Below, one piece after another: positions 13,650 through 25,790 of a stretch of 64,000 bases of DNA. Source of the DNA: Octopus bimaculoides. Lineage: Eukaryota. The number at the start of each line of letters is the position of its first letter. Position 1 is the first letter of the stretch. The position numbers and the translations under genes were made by a program. The DNA is taken from NCBI RefSeq assembly GCF_001194135.2, contig NC_068982.1, forward strand, positions 147,627,593 to 147,691,592, in the 5' to 3' direction. The notes beneath the pieces were generated by a model, which saw only the letters and a program-made list of their open reading frames with translations, ran no database searches and was not told the DNA's origin.

Positions 13650-13820
13650 TTGACAACCGATGTTGGTGTGTTTACGTCCCCGTAATTTAACGGTTCGGCA
13701 AAAGAGACCGATAGAAGAAGTACCAGGCTTACAAAGAAAAACACCTGGGGTCGATTTCTTCGACTAAAACCTTTTATGGCGGTGCCTCAATAAACTGACT
13801 GAAACAAGTATAACAAAAGA
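13650..13820 (+). mobile_element. SINE 3' segment 'C' (probably the distal half of family B)
   Basis: GACAACCGATGTTGGTGTGTTTACGTCCCCGTAA...CGGCAAAAGAGACCGATAGAA...GACTGAAACAAGTA. Homologues at 21820, 40320 and 51645. Confidence 0.8.
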
Positions 13821-13920
13821 ATATATACATACTTATATATGTGTGTGCTGCTCCTCAAATGTGTGTAAGTGTATTTGCTTAATTGTCTGTGTTTGATTGA
13901 CGATATGACTGTGTTTGTAA

Positions 13921-14158
13921 GGCGGTGAGCTGGCAGAAACGTTAGCACGCCGGGCGAAATGCTTAGCGGTATTTCGTCTGTCGTTACGTTCTGAGTTCAA
14001 ATTCCGCCGAGGTCGACTTTGCCTTTCATCATTTCGGGGTCGATTAAGTGAGTACCAGTTACGCATTGGAGTCGATCTAATCGACTTAATCCGTTTGTCT
14101 GCCCCTGTTTGTCCCCTCTGTGTGTAGCCCAGCCCCTTGTGGGCAGTAAAGAAATAAG
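13921..14158 (+). mobile_element. SINE family A, tail type 1
   Basis: Same head, B-box, central block and tail as 2772-3002. Confidence 0.92.
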
Positions 14159-14160
14159 GA

Positions 14161-14349
14161 GCATTAGCACGCCGGGCGAAATGCTTAGTGGCATTTCATC
14201 TTTCTTTACGTTCTGAGTTCAAATTCCGCCAAGGTTGACTTTGCCTTTCGGGGTCGATAAATTAAGTACCAGTTGCGTACTGGGGTCGTGCTAATCGACT
14301 GGCACCCTCCCCCCTAAAATTTCGGGCCTTGTGCCTAGAGTAGAAAAAG
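14161..14349 (+). mobile_element. SINE family A lacking the first ~18 nt, tail type 2
   Basis: Family A head remainder ATTAGCACGCCGGGCGAAATGCTTAG, B-box and central block, then a different tail CCCTCCCCCCTAAAATTTCGGGCCTTGTGCCTAGAGTAGAAA. An 18-bp TSD (13902-13919 / 14350-14367) encloses this unit and the previous one. Confidence 0.88.
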
Positions 14350-14764
14350 GATATGACTGTGTTTGTACATATGTTTGCCGTGATACGTGTGCACCTTTGT
14401 GTACTCATGAGAAGGAGTGTGCATATGTACAGATGTTTATGTGACGATATATGCCAGTGATTTTGCTGTCATGCTTTTGCTATGTACATGGTGAGTGTGT
14501 AAGAGTGTATGAGTTGCATATGTGCATGATCGCGCCTGTGTGTGTATGTGAGTGAGTGAGTGAGTGTGTGCGTGTGTGTGCGTGTGTGTGCGTGTGTGTA
14601 GGATGCGGGGGGTGTTTGTGAAAGTAGCCGGGGCACTGATAATGAGCGGAAATCTGTGCATTATTAACGACAATTAATGTTCATCTCACTCGGAAAGCGA
14701 TTCTTTTCTTCCTGAATCACCAACCCACTCCTATATCCCTCCACAAAAGTTGAGAGCAAGAAAC

Positions 14765-14797
<33 letters not shown>

Positions 14798-15199
14798 NNN
14801 NNNNNNNNNNNNNNNNNNNNNNNNNNNNNNNNNNNNNNNNNNNNNNNNNNNNNNNNNNNNNNNNNNNNNNNNNNNNNNNNNNNNNNNNNNNNNNNNNNNN
14901 NNNNNNNNNNNNNNNNNNNNNNNNNNNNNNNNNNNNNNNNNNNNNNNNNNNNNNNNNNNNNNNNNNNNNNNNNNNNNNNNNNNNNNNNNNNNNNNNNNNN
15001 NNNNNNNNNNNNNNNNNNNNNNNNNNNNNNNNNNNNNNNNNNNNNNNNNNNNNCACACATGTGTAGTTCTCTCACATTTTCTCCGTTTCTTATTTTATTC
15101 TTTCCCATTCTGTTTCTCTCTCTCCTCTTCCTCCCTCCCTCCTCTCACTGATTTCCACTCCCACCAAAATGCCCATCTGATAATTGCAAATCAACCAAA

Positions 15200-15251
<52 letters not shown>

Positions 15252-17125
15252 CGTGCTTAGACACATGCATACATAGCATACTGCCAGATACACACACATA
15301 ATGATACTTTGACATGATTCTAATTTCAACTTTCCTTTCTCTTTTATCAACTTTAACTGTTATACTTAGTAACGTCTCATCATCATCATCATCATCATCG
15401 TTGTCGTAATCGTCATTATTACCCCAGCCACTACCACCATCACCCATCACCCATCATCATCATCATCAACAACACAGCCATCATTCTCAGCAGGACGTTA
15501 CCACAACTACCTCCTCCCTCTCTATCTTCCTCTTCCTTCTCCTCCTAATCATCATCATCATCATCCCCATCATCATCATCATCACCACCACATCCACCAC
15601 CACCGCTAGATATATCAGCGAACTATTCCTCAAATTACATTGTAAAATCTTCATAATCCATAGCTCATTGCAGTTTGAAATACAGTGACTTGAATTTAAC
15701 AGGAGGGTCACGACTAAGATGTCATTGAACGCACACAGGTCTGCTTGATCGGAATTAGCCTAGGGCTAAACATCAATAATTTTTATTCACAATACACACA
15801 CACATACGCGCATTAATGGACGTGCATACACACGCATATAGACACAAATAGAAATACACAGTTTTATGCCAAATAATTTCCAATTTGGAGACAACCTCAC
15901 CAACATCGTCATCATCATCATCACCAACACCAGCACAAGCACCACCACCACCACCACCACCACGACCAAGATAACCACCACCACCATCACTCTAACCTCA
16001 GAGCTATCAGCATTATGGTCATCACCATTGTGATCGTTACTACAAACCTTACCATCAACACAATCCACTTCCTCCTCCTACTGCTCGTCATCATCATCGT
16101 CATCAACAAATTCATCATTACCATTTTCATCTTCAGCAACTGCAGCAGCAGTACCAGCTTCACTACTGCCATCACCTCCACCACCATCACCACCATCAAA
16201 ACTATCACTACTACTACTACCACCACCATCAATATCATTATTTGCTTCACTATCAACAAAACGTTGAGGACGCTTGACATGCTGAAGATAGCAACCAAAT
16301 ACCTTCCTCACGTCATATCCTGTAATATTATGAAAGAAAGCATTGGATAATGTAGAACTGGGTTACATACATATGCTGAAATTTTAGATGGTCACGCTTG
16401 GCACGCCTTTGGCCATGGCTCCACTCAATCATGTCTGATCCAAGGCTAAACAACAGCTCCAGTGGCATGCAGAGAGAGAGGGTGGGGAGGGGGAGAAAGA
16501 CAAATAGACAGAGTATCAGAGACAGAGAGAGAAACAAGCAGGCACAGACGAAGGGGAGAGAGAAAGAGAGATAAATAGACAGAGAGGGAGGGGAACGACA
16601 GAGACAGACAGACAAAGAAACAGGCAGAGAAACAGAGAGCGAAACAGACAGAGTAAGGGAGAGAGAGTAAGGGAGAGAGAGTAAGGGAGAGAGAGAGAGA
16701 TCAAATGAAAGAGGGAGGAAGAGAGAGGGGAGAGAGACTCGTTTTCCAATAAATCCAAGTTTTATACTCCACAATTTCTGTCTGTCACAGGAGTGTCACA
16801 ATCAAAATCGCCATCATTATCATCGTGAATATTCTCATCATCACCACCATCACTACCACTAACATCATCATAATCATCGTCGACGTCGCAGTCTCAAACC
16901 ACAACCATCACTTCCAACTGTACCATCATCTCCATCTTCGGTGTTCTATCCACCGTTTATTACTCAATCTCCATCGCCATCGAACTAGCCAAACCGCTAC
17001 CCACTAACTGAAGTCTTGCCTATGTCACCTCTGTTTGGTTAATCGCCAACTCGGAACCATTGTCTCTACCACCACCACCACCACCACCACCACAACTACT
17101 ACTACTACTACCACTACCACTACTA
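15200..17125. repeat. Low-complexity (CAT/CAC/TAC)n-rich and GA-rich region
   Basis: Degenerate trinucleotide runs giving poly-I/T/V/D ORFs on both strands; GA-rich tract at 16470-16740. Confidence 0.85.
16388..16453 (+). mobile_element. Degenerate SINE-like tail, family F
   Basis: GGTCACGCTTGGCACGCCTTTGGCCATGG...GATCCAAGGCTAAACAAC resembles 15705-15778 (GGTCACGAC...GGTCTGCTTGATC...CTAGGGCTAAACA) and, more weakly, the minus strand at 17385-17455. Confidence 0.45.
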
Positions 17126-18666
17126 CTTTGTCTAAATATTTAAACCAGTGAAGCAGTATCAACACTTTTTGTGCGTACCATCACCTGATCACCACCTCTA
17201 TGAAAGATGTTTATATCTGTCTGTCTATCTACATTCCACGTCCACGCGTTGTTTTTTCGTGTTTTTTCTTGCTTGTTCATGTTTGAATTGACTATACATT
17301 TATATCTATCTATCTATCTCCCTCTCTGTCTCTCTCTTTATCTATATCTATATATATATATATATATATATATGAAACCATAGGTCTAGGTGAACCGTGA
17401 TTGAGCTTGACCTATGATCAAAGGTATTCAGGACATCTCCATCCCCGTTTGTGTATGCTAATAACAGTTATATTGTCCAATGTGTTTTCTGTCTTTTATA
17501 GCTGCAGGGGTTTTATTTTGGGGTCATTTGGCAGCCTTTTGTACTAAACTGGGCGACCACGTAGCATCCTCGATGTTAATTGTCTTGTTGTTATTCCTGC
17601 TACTGCTGTCTTCGTCGTTGATGCTGATGCTGTTGTTGTCTAGTTTCTTTCAAAATGTCAAGTTTGGCTTTCGTCCATCTGATATTGATAAAATAAGTAC
17701 CAGTCGAGAGTACTGGTACTTTGATTGCCAAAAATATCAGGCATAGCACCTATATTAAAAATCGTTATCATTAAGAGTATTCTTCGTTGTAGTATCAAGT
17801 TAAATGGCTTAACTAATATACTATGGTCAAGTAGCTCTGAGGTTCACTTTGACTTTCGTCCTACAGAGATAGGTCAAATACTGAAATCATATGACTCTAC
17901 TCCAGTACTATCACAAGAATGTGCATGCTAAATTAGAAACCATATACACACAGACACATACACACACACACATACATTCATACATACATACATACATACA
18001 TACATACATTCATACATACATATATAAAGTCAATATAAGCAACAAGGATATCCAAAATTAATGCAGTACGATCGCTTCATGCGACTCCATTTAATTAAGC
18101 AATGTGAACATTACATCAAATGTAAAATGCAGAGCAATCCTCAGCTGCACAAAGATATAGAAATTTAATGAAATTACATTTAAACAGAAGGACATATTTT
18201 TATAACTAACTCTAAACTCTCCAAGTAGAAAGGAAGAATANNNNNNNNNNNNNNNNNNNNNNNNNNNNNNNNNNNNNNNNNNNNNNNNNNNNNNNNNNNN
18301 NNNNNNNNNNNNNNNNNNNNNNNNNNNNNNNNNNNNNNNNNNNNNNNNNNNNNNNNNNNNNNNNNNNNNNNNNNNNNNNNNNNNNNNNNNNNNNNNNNNN
18401 NNNNNNNNNNNNNNNNNNNNNNNNNNNNNNNNNNNNNNNNNNNNNNNNNNNNNNNNNNNNNNNNNNNNNNNNNNNNNNNNNNNNNNNNNNNNNNNNNNNN
18501 NNNNNNNNNNNNNNNNNNNNNNNNNNNNNNNNNNNNNNNNNNNNNNNNNNNNNNNNNNNNNNNNNNNNNNNNNNNNNNNNNNNNNNNNNNNNNNNNNNNN
18601 NNNNNNNNNNNNNNNNNNNNNNNNNNNNNNNNNNNNNNNAATAACACCTACGTTTAACTCCATTTC

Positions 18667-18705
<39 letters not shown>

Positions 18706-18899
18706 TGAACTGTTTAGTTTCCAGAGGCAGATTAAACTGTCGGATTGACTATTTAGTGATACTCTGAGCATTCAAATCCTGCCAGAGTGAGCTTTTCATT
18801 CGTGTGGGGTCGCTGAATGAAACGCCTAGCAGTAATTAGATAGCTTCTCTCCCACCTCTTTCATGAGGGTCTGTGGAGAGGATAGCTTTTCGCAAGGCT

Positions 18900-19135
18900 T
18901 TAATGCACAAGATATGGCGTCTATTCGTCACTACCGGGAGTTGCGAGCTGAATCGATGCTTATTAGTTAGTTCAATAGAAATTATCCTTGCAGTATTTAG
19001 TTGCAGATACGATCCGCATTTAAATCCCATTGAACATGCATGTATACATTTATACATTATCATCGTCCGACCTCAGCGAAATTTACTTGAAGTCAAAGCA
19101 CGGTGGGACGGAACAAATACCACAAGGTATTATAC
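18900..19135 (+). mobile_element. Possible highly decayed Tc1/mariner transposase remnant (C-terminal catalytic region)
   Basis: YDPHLNPIEHAC...RPQRNLLEVKARWDG resembles the SPDLNPIExxW...NLxEL..W motif. An upstream QDMASIRH in another frame resembles QDNAxxH. No TIRs found. Confidence 0.4.
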
Positions 19136-20045
19136 CTGACTTTATAGTAACTCTGACAACATAACAAAAATTAGAACAGCTCTTCCACATATTACTTAGA
19201 AAATAACAGAAATGTCCTTACTAAAGATGATTTGAAATGCATACACCCTCTTCACAAGCACAATTTATGACTATATGCAAATATACGAGGCCAATACGAT
19301 TATAATAAACACTAACATTTCTTTGATTTTCCACGATAACTACTCAAATGTTGGATTATCTCTGACAAAATACAGTCAGTTACGTCTGTGGGTGATGTCA
19401 ACTTTAACTTTTAATATGTCGGTGCCTTATCCATTATAAGCTGCACTTAAGTTTTCGAAAGCTCAACGATTTTAACAAATTTAAGTTTTATTTATTTTTC
19501 CTTACTTGTGTAATGCCAATTGTTTAAACCTAACGGTAATGATATAATATATCCGTACAAAGTTTACCTGATAAAACGTCACAACATATGAGAGGGAGAG
19601 ACAGTAACCTTGCTTTCGTTTACCCAACAATCGTAGATCGACGAATTGTTTGGTGACATTAAAGTACCATCATCAAAATCTCCACAGAGAAAAAAAAATG
19701 TATCAAATTGAAGAATCAATAAAGGGACAGATAAATAAAAGGGTATCGATCGGGTATCGTCAATCACACAACTGATAGATCGTGAGTTTATATTCAGTCA
19801 TTTTCGAGAGTGTTTCTGAGATAAGAATAATCAAAAATTTTGTTGCAGCAGTAAATTGCTTGAATGGTCAAGTCGATAGGGTGCTAAACAAGCAGCGATT
19901 GGTGTATCTAGGACAACATTATCAGATAAGATTTTCTTATTTTTGTTACTGATTTTTCACCTAAAGATGGCAAAGTCTGATTTAAGGGATATTTGTCTTT
20001 CAAGTCAAGTAACAACACTAAGCATCCTTGACTTGTTGAGAGGAA

Positions 20046-20077
<32 letters not shown>

Positions 20078-20327
20078 NNNNNNNNNNNNNNNNNNNNNNN
20101 NNNNNNNNNNNNNNNNNNNNNNNNNNNNNNNNNNNNNNNNNNNNNNNNNNNNNNNNNNNNNNNNNNNNNNNNNNNNNNNNNNNNNNNNNNNNNNNNNNNN
20201 NNNNNNNNNNNNNNNNNNNNNNNNNNNNNNNNNNNNNNNNNNNNNNNNNNNNNNNNNNNNNNNNNNNNNNNNNNNNNNNNNNNNNNNNNNNNNNNNNNNN
20301 NNNNNNNNNNNNNNNNNNNNNNNNNNN

Positions 20328-20471
20328 AGAGCGGTGGAAAGAGGAGGCTGTATTGCATAAGAACGACTGCTAATTTTCCATAAACAACCTTACCCGGGCT
20401 TGTGCCTTGGAGGGGAATTTCTAGATGGAGCAGTCCTATGCCCATTCATGACCGAAGGGGTTCTTTACTTT

Positions 20472-20472
<1 letters not shown>
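20328..20472 (+). mobile_element. SINE family E 3' tail fragment
   Basis: TTCCATAAACAACCTTACCCGGGCTTGTGCC...CATTCATGACCGAAGGGG matches the tails of 24004-24332 and 28222-28559. The 5' part is lost in a gap. Confidence 0.8.
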
Positions 20473-20567
<95 letters not shown>

Positions 20568-20629
20568 AGGAGAGAGAGAAACATGCACACAAGTGTATAT
20601 ACATATTACAAAAAAATTACATTACGAAC

Positions 20630-20764
20630 GCAGGCATGGATATATGGTAGGAAGTTTGCTTCTCAACTAAATGCTTCTGGCATCAGTTTCACTGCGTGGC
20701 ACCTACCAAATCCACTCACAAGGCTTTGGTCGGCCAGAGGCTGTAGTAGAAGACACTTACCCAA
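20630..20764. mobile_element. SINE family B with plus-strand head joined to an inverted body
   Basis: 20630-20703 is a family B head ending ACTGCGTGGCAC. 20703-20764 (CTACCAAATCCACTCACAAGGCTTTGGTCGGCC...GAAGACACTTACCCAA) is the reverse complement of the family B body. Confidence 0.75.
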
Positions 20765-21039
20765 NNNNNNNNNNTGTGTGTTGTGCTTTGGCACAATAAT
20801 ATTTACGTGGTAACAGTACACTCCTAGCGGCAGGTTTCCTTTCCTGTCGTATAAACCCGATGAAGCGTGAACTTTGGAACCTAATGTATCACGGCCAACA
20901 TACTGCATACTGGTGCAGATCGACTCCAGCATTTGACTGGTATTTTATTTATCCCGCGAAGATGAAAGGGAGGACTAGAAGACAAAGGGTTTTGAGCTGA
21001 AAACTTAGACCCGGAACAATTATCAAAAGCGTCTTGCCT

Positions 21040-21445
21040 AGGTGCAGCTGTGGGTATGTGGTAAGAAGCCTGTGGCGGCGAGCTGGCAGAAACGTTAGCA
21101 CGCCGGGCGAAATGCTTAGCGGTATTTCGTCTGCCGTTACGTTCTGAGTTCAAATTCCGCCGAGGTCGACTTTGCCTTTCATCCTTTCGGGGTCGATAAA
21201 TCAAGTACCAGTTATGCACTGGAGTCGATGTAATCGACTTAATCCCTTTGTCTGTCCTTGTTTGTCTCCACTATGTTTAGCCCCTTGTGGGCAATAAAGA
21301 AATAAGAAGCTTGCTTAACAATCACATGGTTCCGGGTTTAATCTCACTGTGTGGCGCCTTGGGTAGATAACTTCTACTATAGCCTCGGGTCTACTAAAGC
21401 CCAGTGAGTGGATTTGTTTGACGGAAACTGAAAGAATCCCATCGC
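21040..21445 (+). mobile_element. SINE family B, split by a nested family A SINE
   Basis: Host reads AGGTGCAGCTGTGGGTATGTGGTAAGAAGC | insertion | TTGCTTAACAATCACATGGTTCCGGGTTTAATCTCACTGTGTGGCGCCTTGGG...GACGGAAACTGAAAGAA. Confidence 0.88.
21074..21302 (+). mobile_element. SINE family A, tail type 1, nested in family B
   Basis: Full-length copy with 8-bp TSD TAAGAAGC (21062-21069 / 21303-21310) plus 4 extra 5' nt (CTGT). Confidence 0.93.
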
Positions 21446-21585
21446 ATATATATATATAATTTAGAGAAAAAAATCCACAATTATTGAATTCATCCATGAA
21501 AATCCACAATCACAGAGAAAAATTTAATAAGTACACTAAAAAGACCTTTAATAAAAATCAAAAATGTATACAAATATAAATATAA

Positions 21586-21795
<210 letters not shown>

Positions 21796-21819
21796 GTGTG
21801 TGTGTGCATATTTGAGTCA

Positions 21820-22015
21820 CCACCGCTTGAGAACTTTACCCTTCATTCTCCGGTAATTGATAACGTTGGCGTTTTTAAGTCCCGTAACATTATCTGTTCG
21901 GCGAAGAGACAGATAGAATAAGTACCAGGCTTGAACATGTAATGGTGTCGGTCTATTCGACTAAAATTCTTCAAAGCGGTGCGCCAACCTGGTCGCAATC
22001 TAAAGACTGCAGCAC
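21820..22015 (+). mobile_element. SINE 3' segment C
   Basis: CACCACCGCTTGA...GTCCCGTAAC...GTTCGGCGAAGAGACAGATAGAATAAGTACCAGGCTT...CGACTAAAATTCTTCAAAGCGGTGC. Confidence 0.75.
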
Positions 22016-22069
22016 ACATAACCGTGAGTGTACATGTGTTCACATTGTGTGTATTTATACACTAATTCT

Positions 22070-22200
22070 AAAGGAGTCAGTGGTATTGCCTACCATATCG
22101 ATTCCTACACTCTACTGCTTCTCACGCTATTCAATCACCAGAGAATGAAGGGTAAAGTCGACCTCGGCGTAATTCGAATTCAAGGAAAAAGTGAAATGTC
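22070..22200 (-). mobile_element. Degenerate SINE family A fragment
   Basis: GAATGAAGGGTAAAGTCGACCTCGGCGTAATTCGAATTC is the reverse complement of the B-box and central block. Confidence 0.6.
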
Positions 22201-24003
22201 ACTATGCAGCAAAGTATACAATACATGAATGAATGAATGAATGAATTTCAAGGTGTGTAAAATAACGAACGGCACATAAATGCGTTGAGAATGTATGTAG
22301 ATGAATGCTCAATTTGCACGTATACACACTTCCGTGTGAGAATGCTTTAACGCATATATTTTTGCGTGTGAATATATTATATGTACGTGTGAATGTGTAT
22401 GCTTCCCCCGCAGTGTGTGTGTGTGTGCGCCCGCGCGTGTTTATGTGTGTGTGCGCGCGTGCTTATGTGTGTGTGTGTATGTTGACGTATGTTTGTGAGT
22501 GTGTGTAAGAACGGATGCGATGTGTGTGACATGAAATTTCCACTGTGAACACAGAGTTGATTATATAGCAATGGCGACATTTCCTCTGATAGGAATTAAC
22601 CATTTTCCATTAGTGTAAGGAGCCAATTTTGTACAACGACGGCCAAAACTCACAATCTCATTTTGGCGGAAGAACTTTATTTTACTGGAGCCACGCCAGC
22701 AGACAGCAGTACTGTGAGGTAGTAACGTTCTTGCCAAGACATGGTTACTAGCTAAGTAGTAGTAGTAGTAGTTTTTTGTTAGAGATTTTATTTTGTTCAT
22801 TTAATTATTTATTGTTTCTGTAATATTTTTTCTTCCACTATTTTTCCTCCAATCATTTGCGTTCGTCTGTGTTTATATCCGTATATGTTTGTGGATGTGT
22901 ACATGCATCACACACACACAACGCAACACCCGAGTGCGCGCACAGATCTCTCTTAGTAGGACAATAGCAACGCTGCTGCTGCTGCTGTTACTACTACTAC
23001 TACTGCTTTTACGATTGTTGTCGTATATGTACTATGTGCGTTTGAGTTCGTGTATGTGAGTGTATATGTATGTATGTGTGCATATGTAAGATTCTTACTT
23101 TTTAACAGCGACTACACGAACACAACCTATATATAAAAACGAAAACGTGAGACCAAACAGCAATAAAACAAGATTTGCGAACTGTTGCAGCTTTATTCAA
23201 TATTTGTCTTCAAAGACAATGACGCGCGCACACACACACACACACAAACAAACACACATGCACACTCGTGCACGCGCACACACACACACATGCACGCACA
23301 CACACATACACACTGAGCTGAATGGGTACCAGTGTTTAAGCACCTAAATTAATTAGGGAAATTATGGCCCGTGCTTTCAAAACATGATAGCTTGCGACTG
23401 AGGGTTAATGTGCCACCCCACCACACACATAGATATATTAGAATTTTTGTGAATATTTTTGTTCAGAGCTTGTGAACTTTTAGACTATATCTACAGTACT
23501 TGCTTAGTGGAAAGCTGTAATGTTAGTGTTTATGTATGTAAGGGAAGCACTTTGTGTTGATGGGATGGAAAATGTTGGTGAAATGATATCTTTAGCCGTT
23601 AGATAAAGAATTATTAGTTTTGAAATGTCTTAGTGTTTTGAACGTATTGTGTTTGCTGAGAGAGACTAATTCAAGATTTCGTTTCGGTATCTGATTTCTA
23701 AATTTGAGAAGGTGGTAGAAATTAATAGTATAAAGTTTGCAGGGCTTGTTGCTTCCTTGTTATGGTTGTGCATGTGACAATATTTTCTAGCTAATATTAA
23801 ATACCACGGAACCATCTTATAGGTGTGTGCCGCAACAAGTTTGCGTATATACTCTCCTTTTAATCGGTTTTGAAGACGAGTCCTGTGCTCCCATATGCTT
23901 CACCTAATGGGCAGAGCTTCATTCACTCCACACACCGGCAAAGTTTTAAGCTAACTGTTCTTTTTTGTGCGTATAAAAGCCTCATCTAATTTTTAGCAAA
24001 ATA

Positions 24004-24332
24004 GTACTGTAATGGTTCACAGATTAGAGCATCGGACTCACAATCATGAGGTAGTGAGATCGATTCCCGGACCGGGCTGCGTGTTGTGTTCTTGAACAAC
24101 ACACTTTATTAACTTTGCTGCAGTTCACTTAGCTGTAGTAATGAGTTACGACGACACTGGTGCCAAGCTGTTTCGACCTTTCTCTTGGATAACATCTGTG
24201 GCATGGAGAAGGGAGAGTGATTTGCATGGGCGACTGCTGGTCTTCCATAAACAACCTTGCTTGGACTTGTGCCTCGCAGAGCAACCTTCTAGGTGAAATC
24301 CCATGGTCATGCACCACCGAAGTGGGGTCTCA
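24004..24332 (+). mobile_element. CORE-type tRNA-derived SINE (family E), near full length
   Basis: tRNA-like head with GATCGATTCCC B-box; GTGTTCTTGAACAACACACTTTATT...CAGTTCACTTAGCTGTAGTAATGAG aligns by eye to the CORE domain; tail shared with 28222-28559. Confidence 0.85.
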
Positions 24333-25189
24333 TTACCTGATTCATCGAGTAAGAAGGCGTACACTTTTTCCATGCATTTTTGTCCATGAGTTGACTTATT
24401 TCTCTCAGATAACTACGCTTGCAAATATTCTATGAAAATGTTTCCAACGCTACTGGAGTTTTTCAAGGTGCAAATATTTATTTTTTCACATAATATGCAA
24501 GTGAAAGTGTTATTTAATATTTGTTTATATTTTATTATATGAGTGTATTTTCAAAGAATGTATATATGTTGCTACGAACTTTATGTGCGCCATTTGCGTC
24601 TCTCATTTCAATGGATGCTATGTTTACAAGTATTATTTTAAATTGCGAAGCAGTATAAAATGGATACGTTTCTTTCAAAATGCATTGTCATTTTGACCTC
24701 CAGACATGCAGGAAACACGTGACACCTCACTCTCCAGTGTAATGACTCCATGCAACACAGAAATAAATAATCAATAGAAATAGAAATAGGATACAATTCG
24801 AGACACTCTCGAGCTATTAAAATCATTTCTATCACAATTTTATTTAATAACAACAAACAATGTTTTCTGATTTGTACATAAGGCCAATAATTTTGAGGCT
24901 AATGGTTTTGTCCATACACCTATTCCCAGCTCAGTTTTGGTAGATTATTTCATCGACGTTGAAAGAAATACTGCTCGGAGAGATACCACAAAGCATATTA
25001 TCAATCGGATGCTCATAACGATTCTACTAATAATAGTAATGAGAGAATGAGAGGCAAGGTAGACTTCGAATGTATATGAATGAGTATTTACAAAACACGT
25101 ATTAACAATATAAAGCAATAAGAAAAAAAAATTATAACGACTTTACCGAACAGAAGAGAATTGCGATTCAAAAGCTAACCAAGGAAATT

Positions 25190-25790
25190 CACAGATCCCA
25201 AATCACCCTGCTCACAAAAAGTACCATGATGGTGACATAGTCCGCGTATACCGACACGTTTCTCCCACGTACAAGTCTGTGAGGATTGACCTTTAACATC
25301 TAAAGTTTCCGCAGTAAGAACTCAAGAATCTTCACATACAGAAGAGACGAGAAGGAGCAAAGTTGACAAACCGAGCACAGGCACCTGAATGGTTCTCATA
25401 GGTGGCCATTCAACCGAACCACCGAGCAGATGTCGGTGTGCATTGCAACAGTACAAATGTGGAAGAGGGGACCGAATCTAGCTGCCATGTATTAGCAGTC
25501 GTTACTATTGAAAGCCTATCTAAATTGCTTAGGACTGCACCCATACCAGGTTCTTTACCTACACCATCTATGAGGATGTTGTGGATAAATCTGCTCGAAA
25601 CGGCGCATATTTGTACATCACTAATCAGACCATGAACGACCTTGGCCAAAATTTTGAAATCTGCGTTTAACACAGTTTTGGACATGGAGTTTTTAATGTT
25701 ATTCACCTTGTTTAAGCCCTTTATTAGCAGTGCCCCCGCTCAATCTCGCCACGAGCACCTCGGTAGCGATGTCTTTCCTAAGCGTCAATT
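25190..25790 (-). mobile_element. L1/Tx1-clade LINE reverse-transcriptase fragment, decayed
   Basis: VLNADFKILAKV...QICAVSSRFIHN...GKEPGMGAVLSNLD (RT domains 1-3); SVCQLCSFSSLLYVKILEFLLRKL (QGCPLSP region); VSVYADYVTIMV (YADD remnant, 25237-25248). Confidence 0.85.

Noticed and set aside
15487-16350. Poly-V/M/D/T/I ORFs that look like membrane or acidic proteins
   Set aside because: Low-complexity CAY/TAC repeats open on both strands, with no splice or domain support.
22715-22750. let-7-like TGAGGTAGTA followed by a hairpin (TAGTAAC/GTTACTA)
   Set aside because: Only the first 10 nt match let-7, a 22-mer would run into the loop, and the stem is too short for a pre-miRNA. TGAGGTAGT also occurs in a SINE head near 24047.
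23390-23410. GAGGGTTAA as a piggyBac terminus
   Set aside because: No matching opposite TTAACCC end nearby.
23400-23960. Possible Penelope or LINE ORF remnant on the minus strand (similarly 13140-13600 and 34100-34350)
   Set aside because: No diagnostic motif could be read with confidence; probably old repeats, but unassignable by eye.
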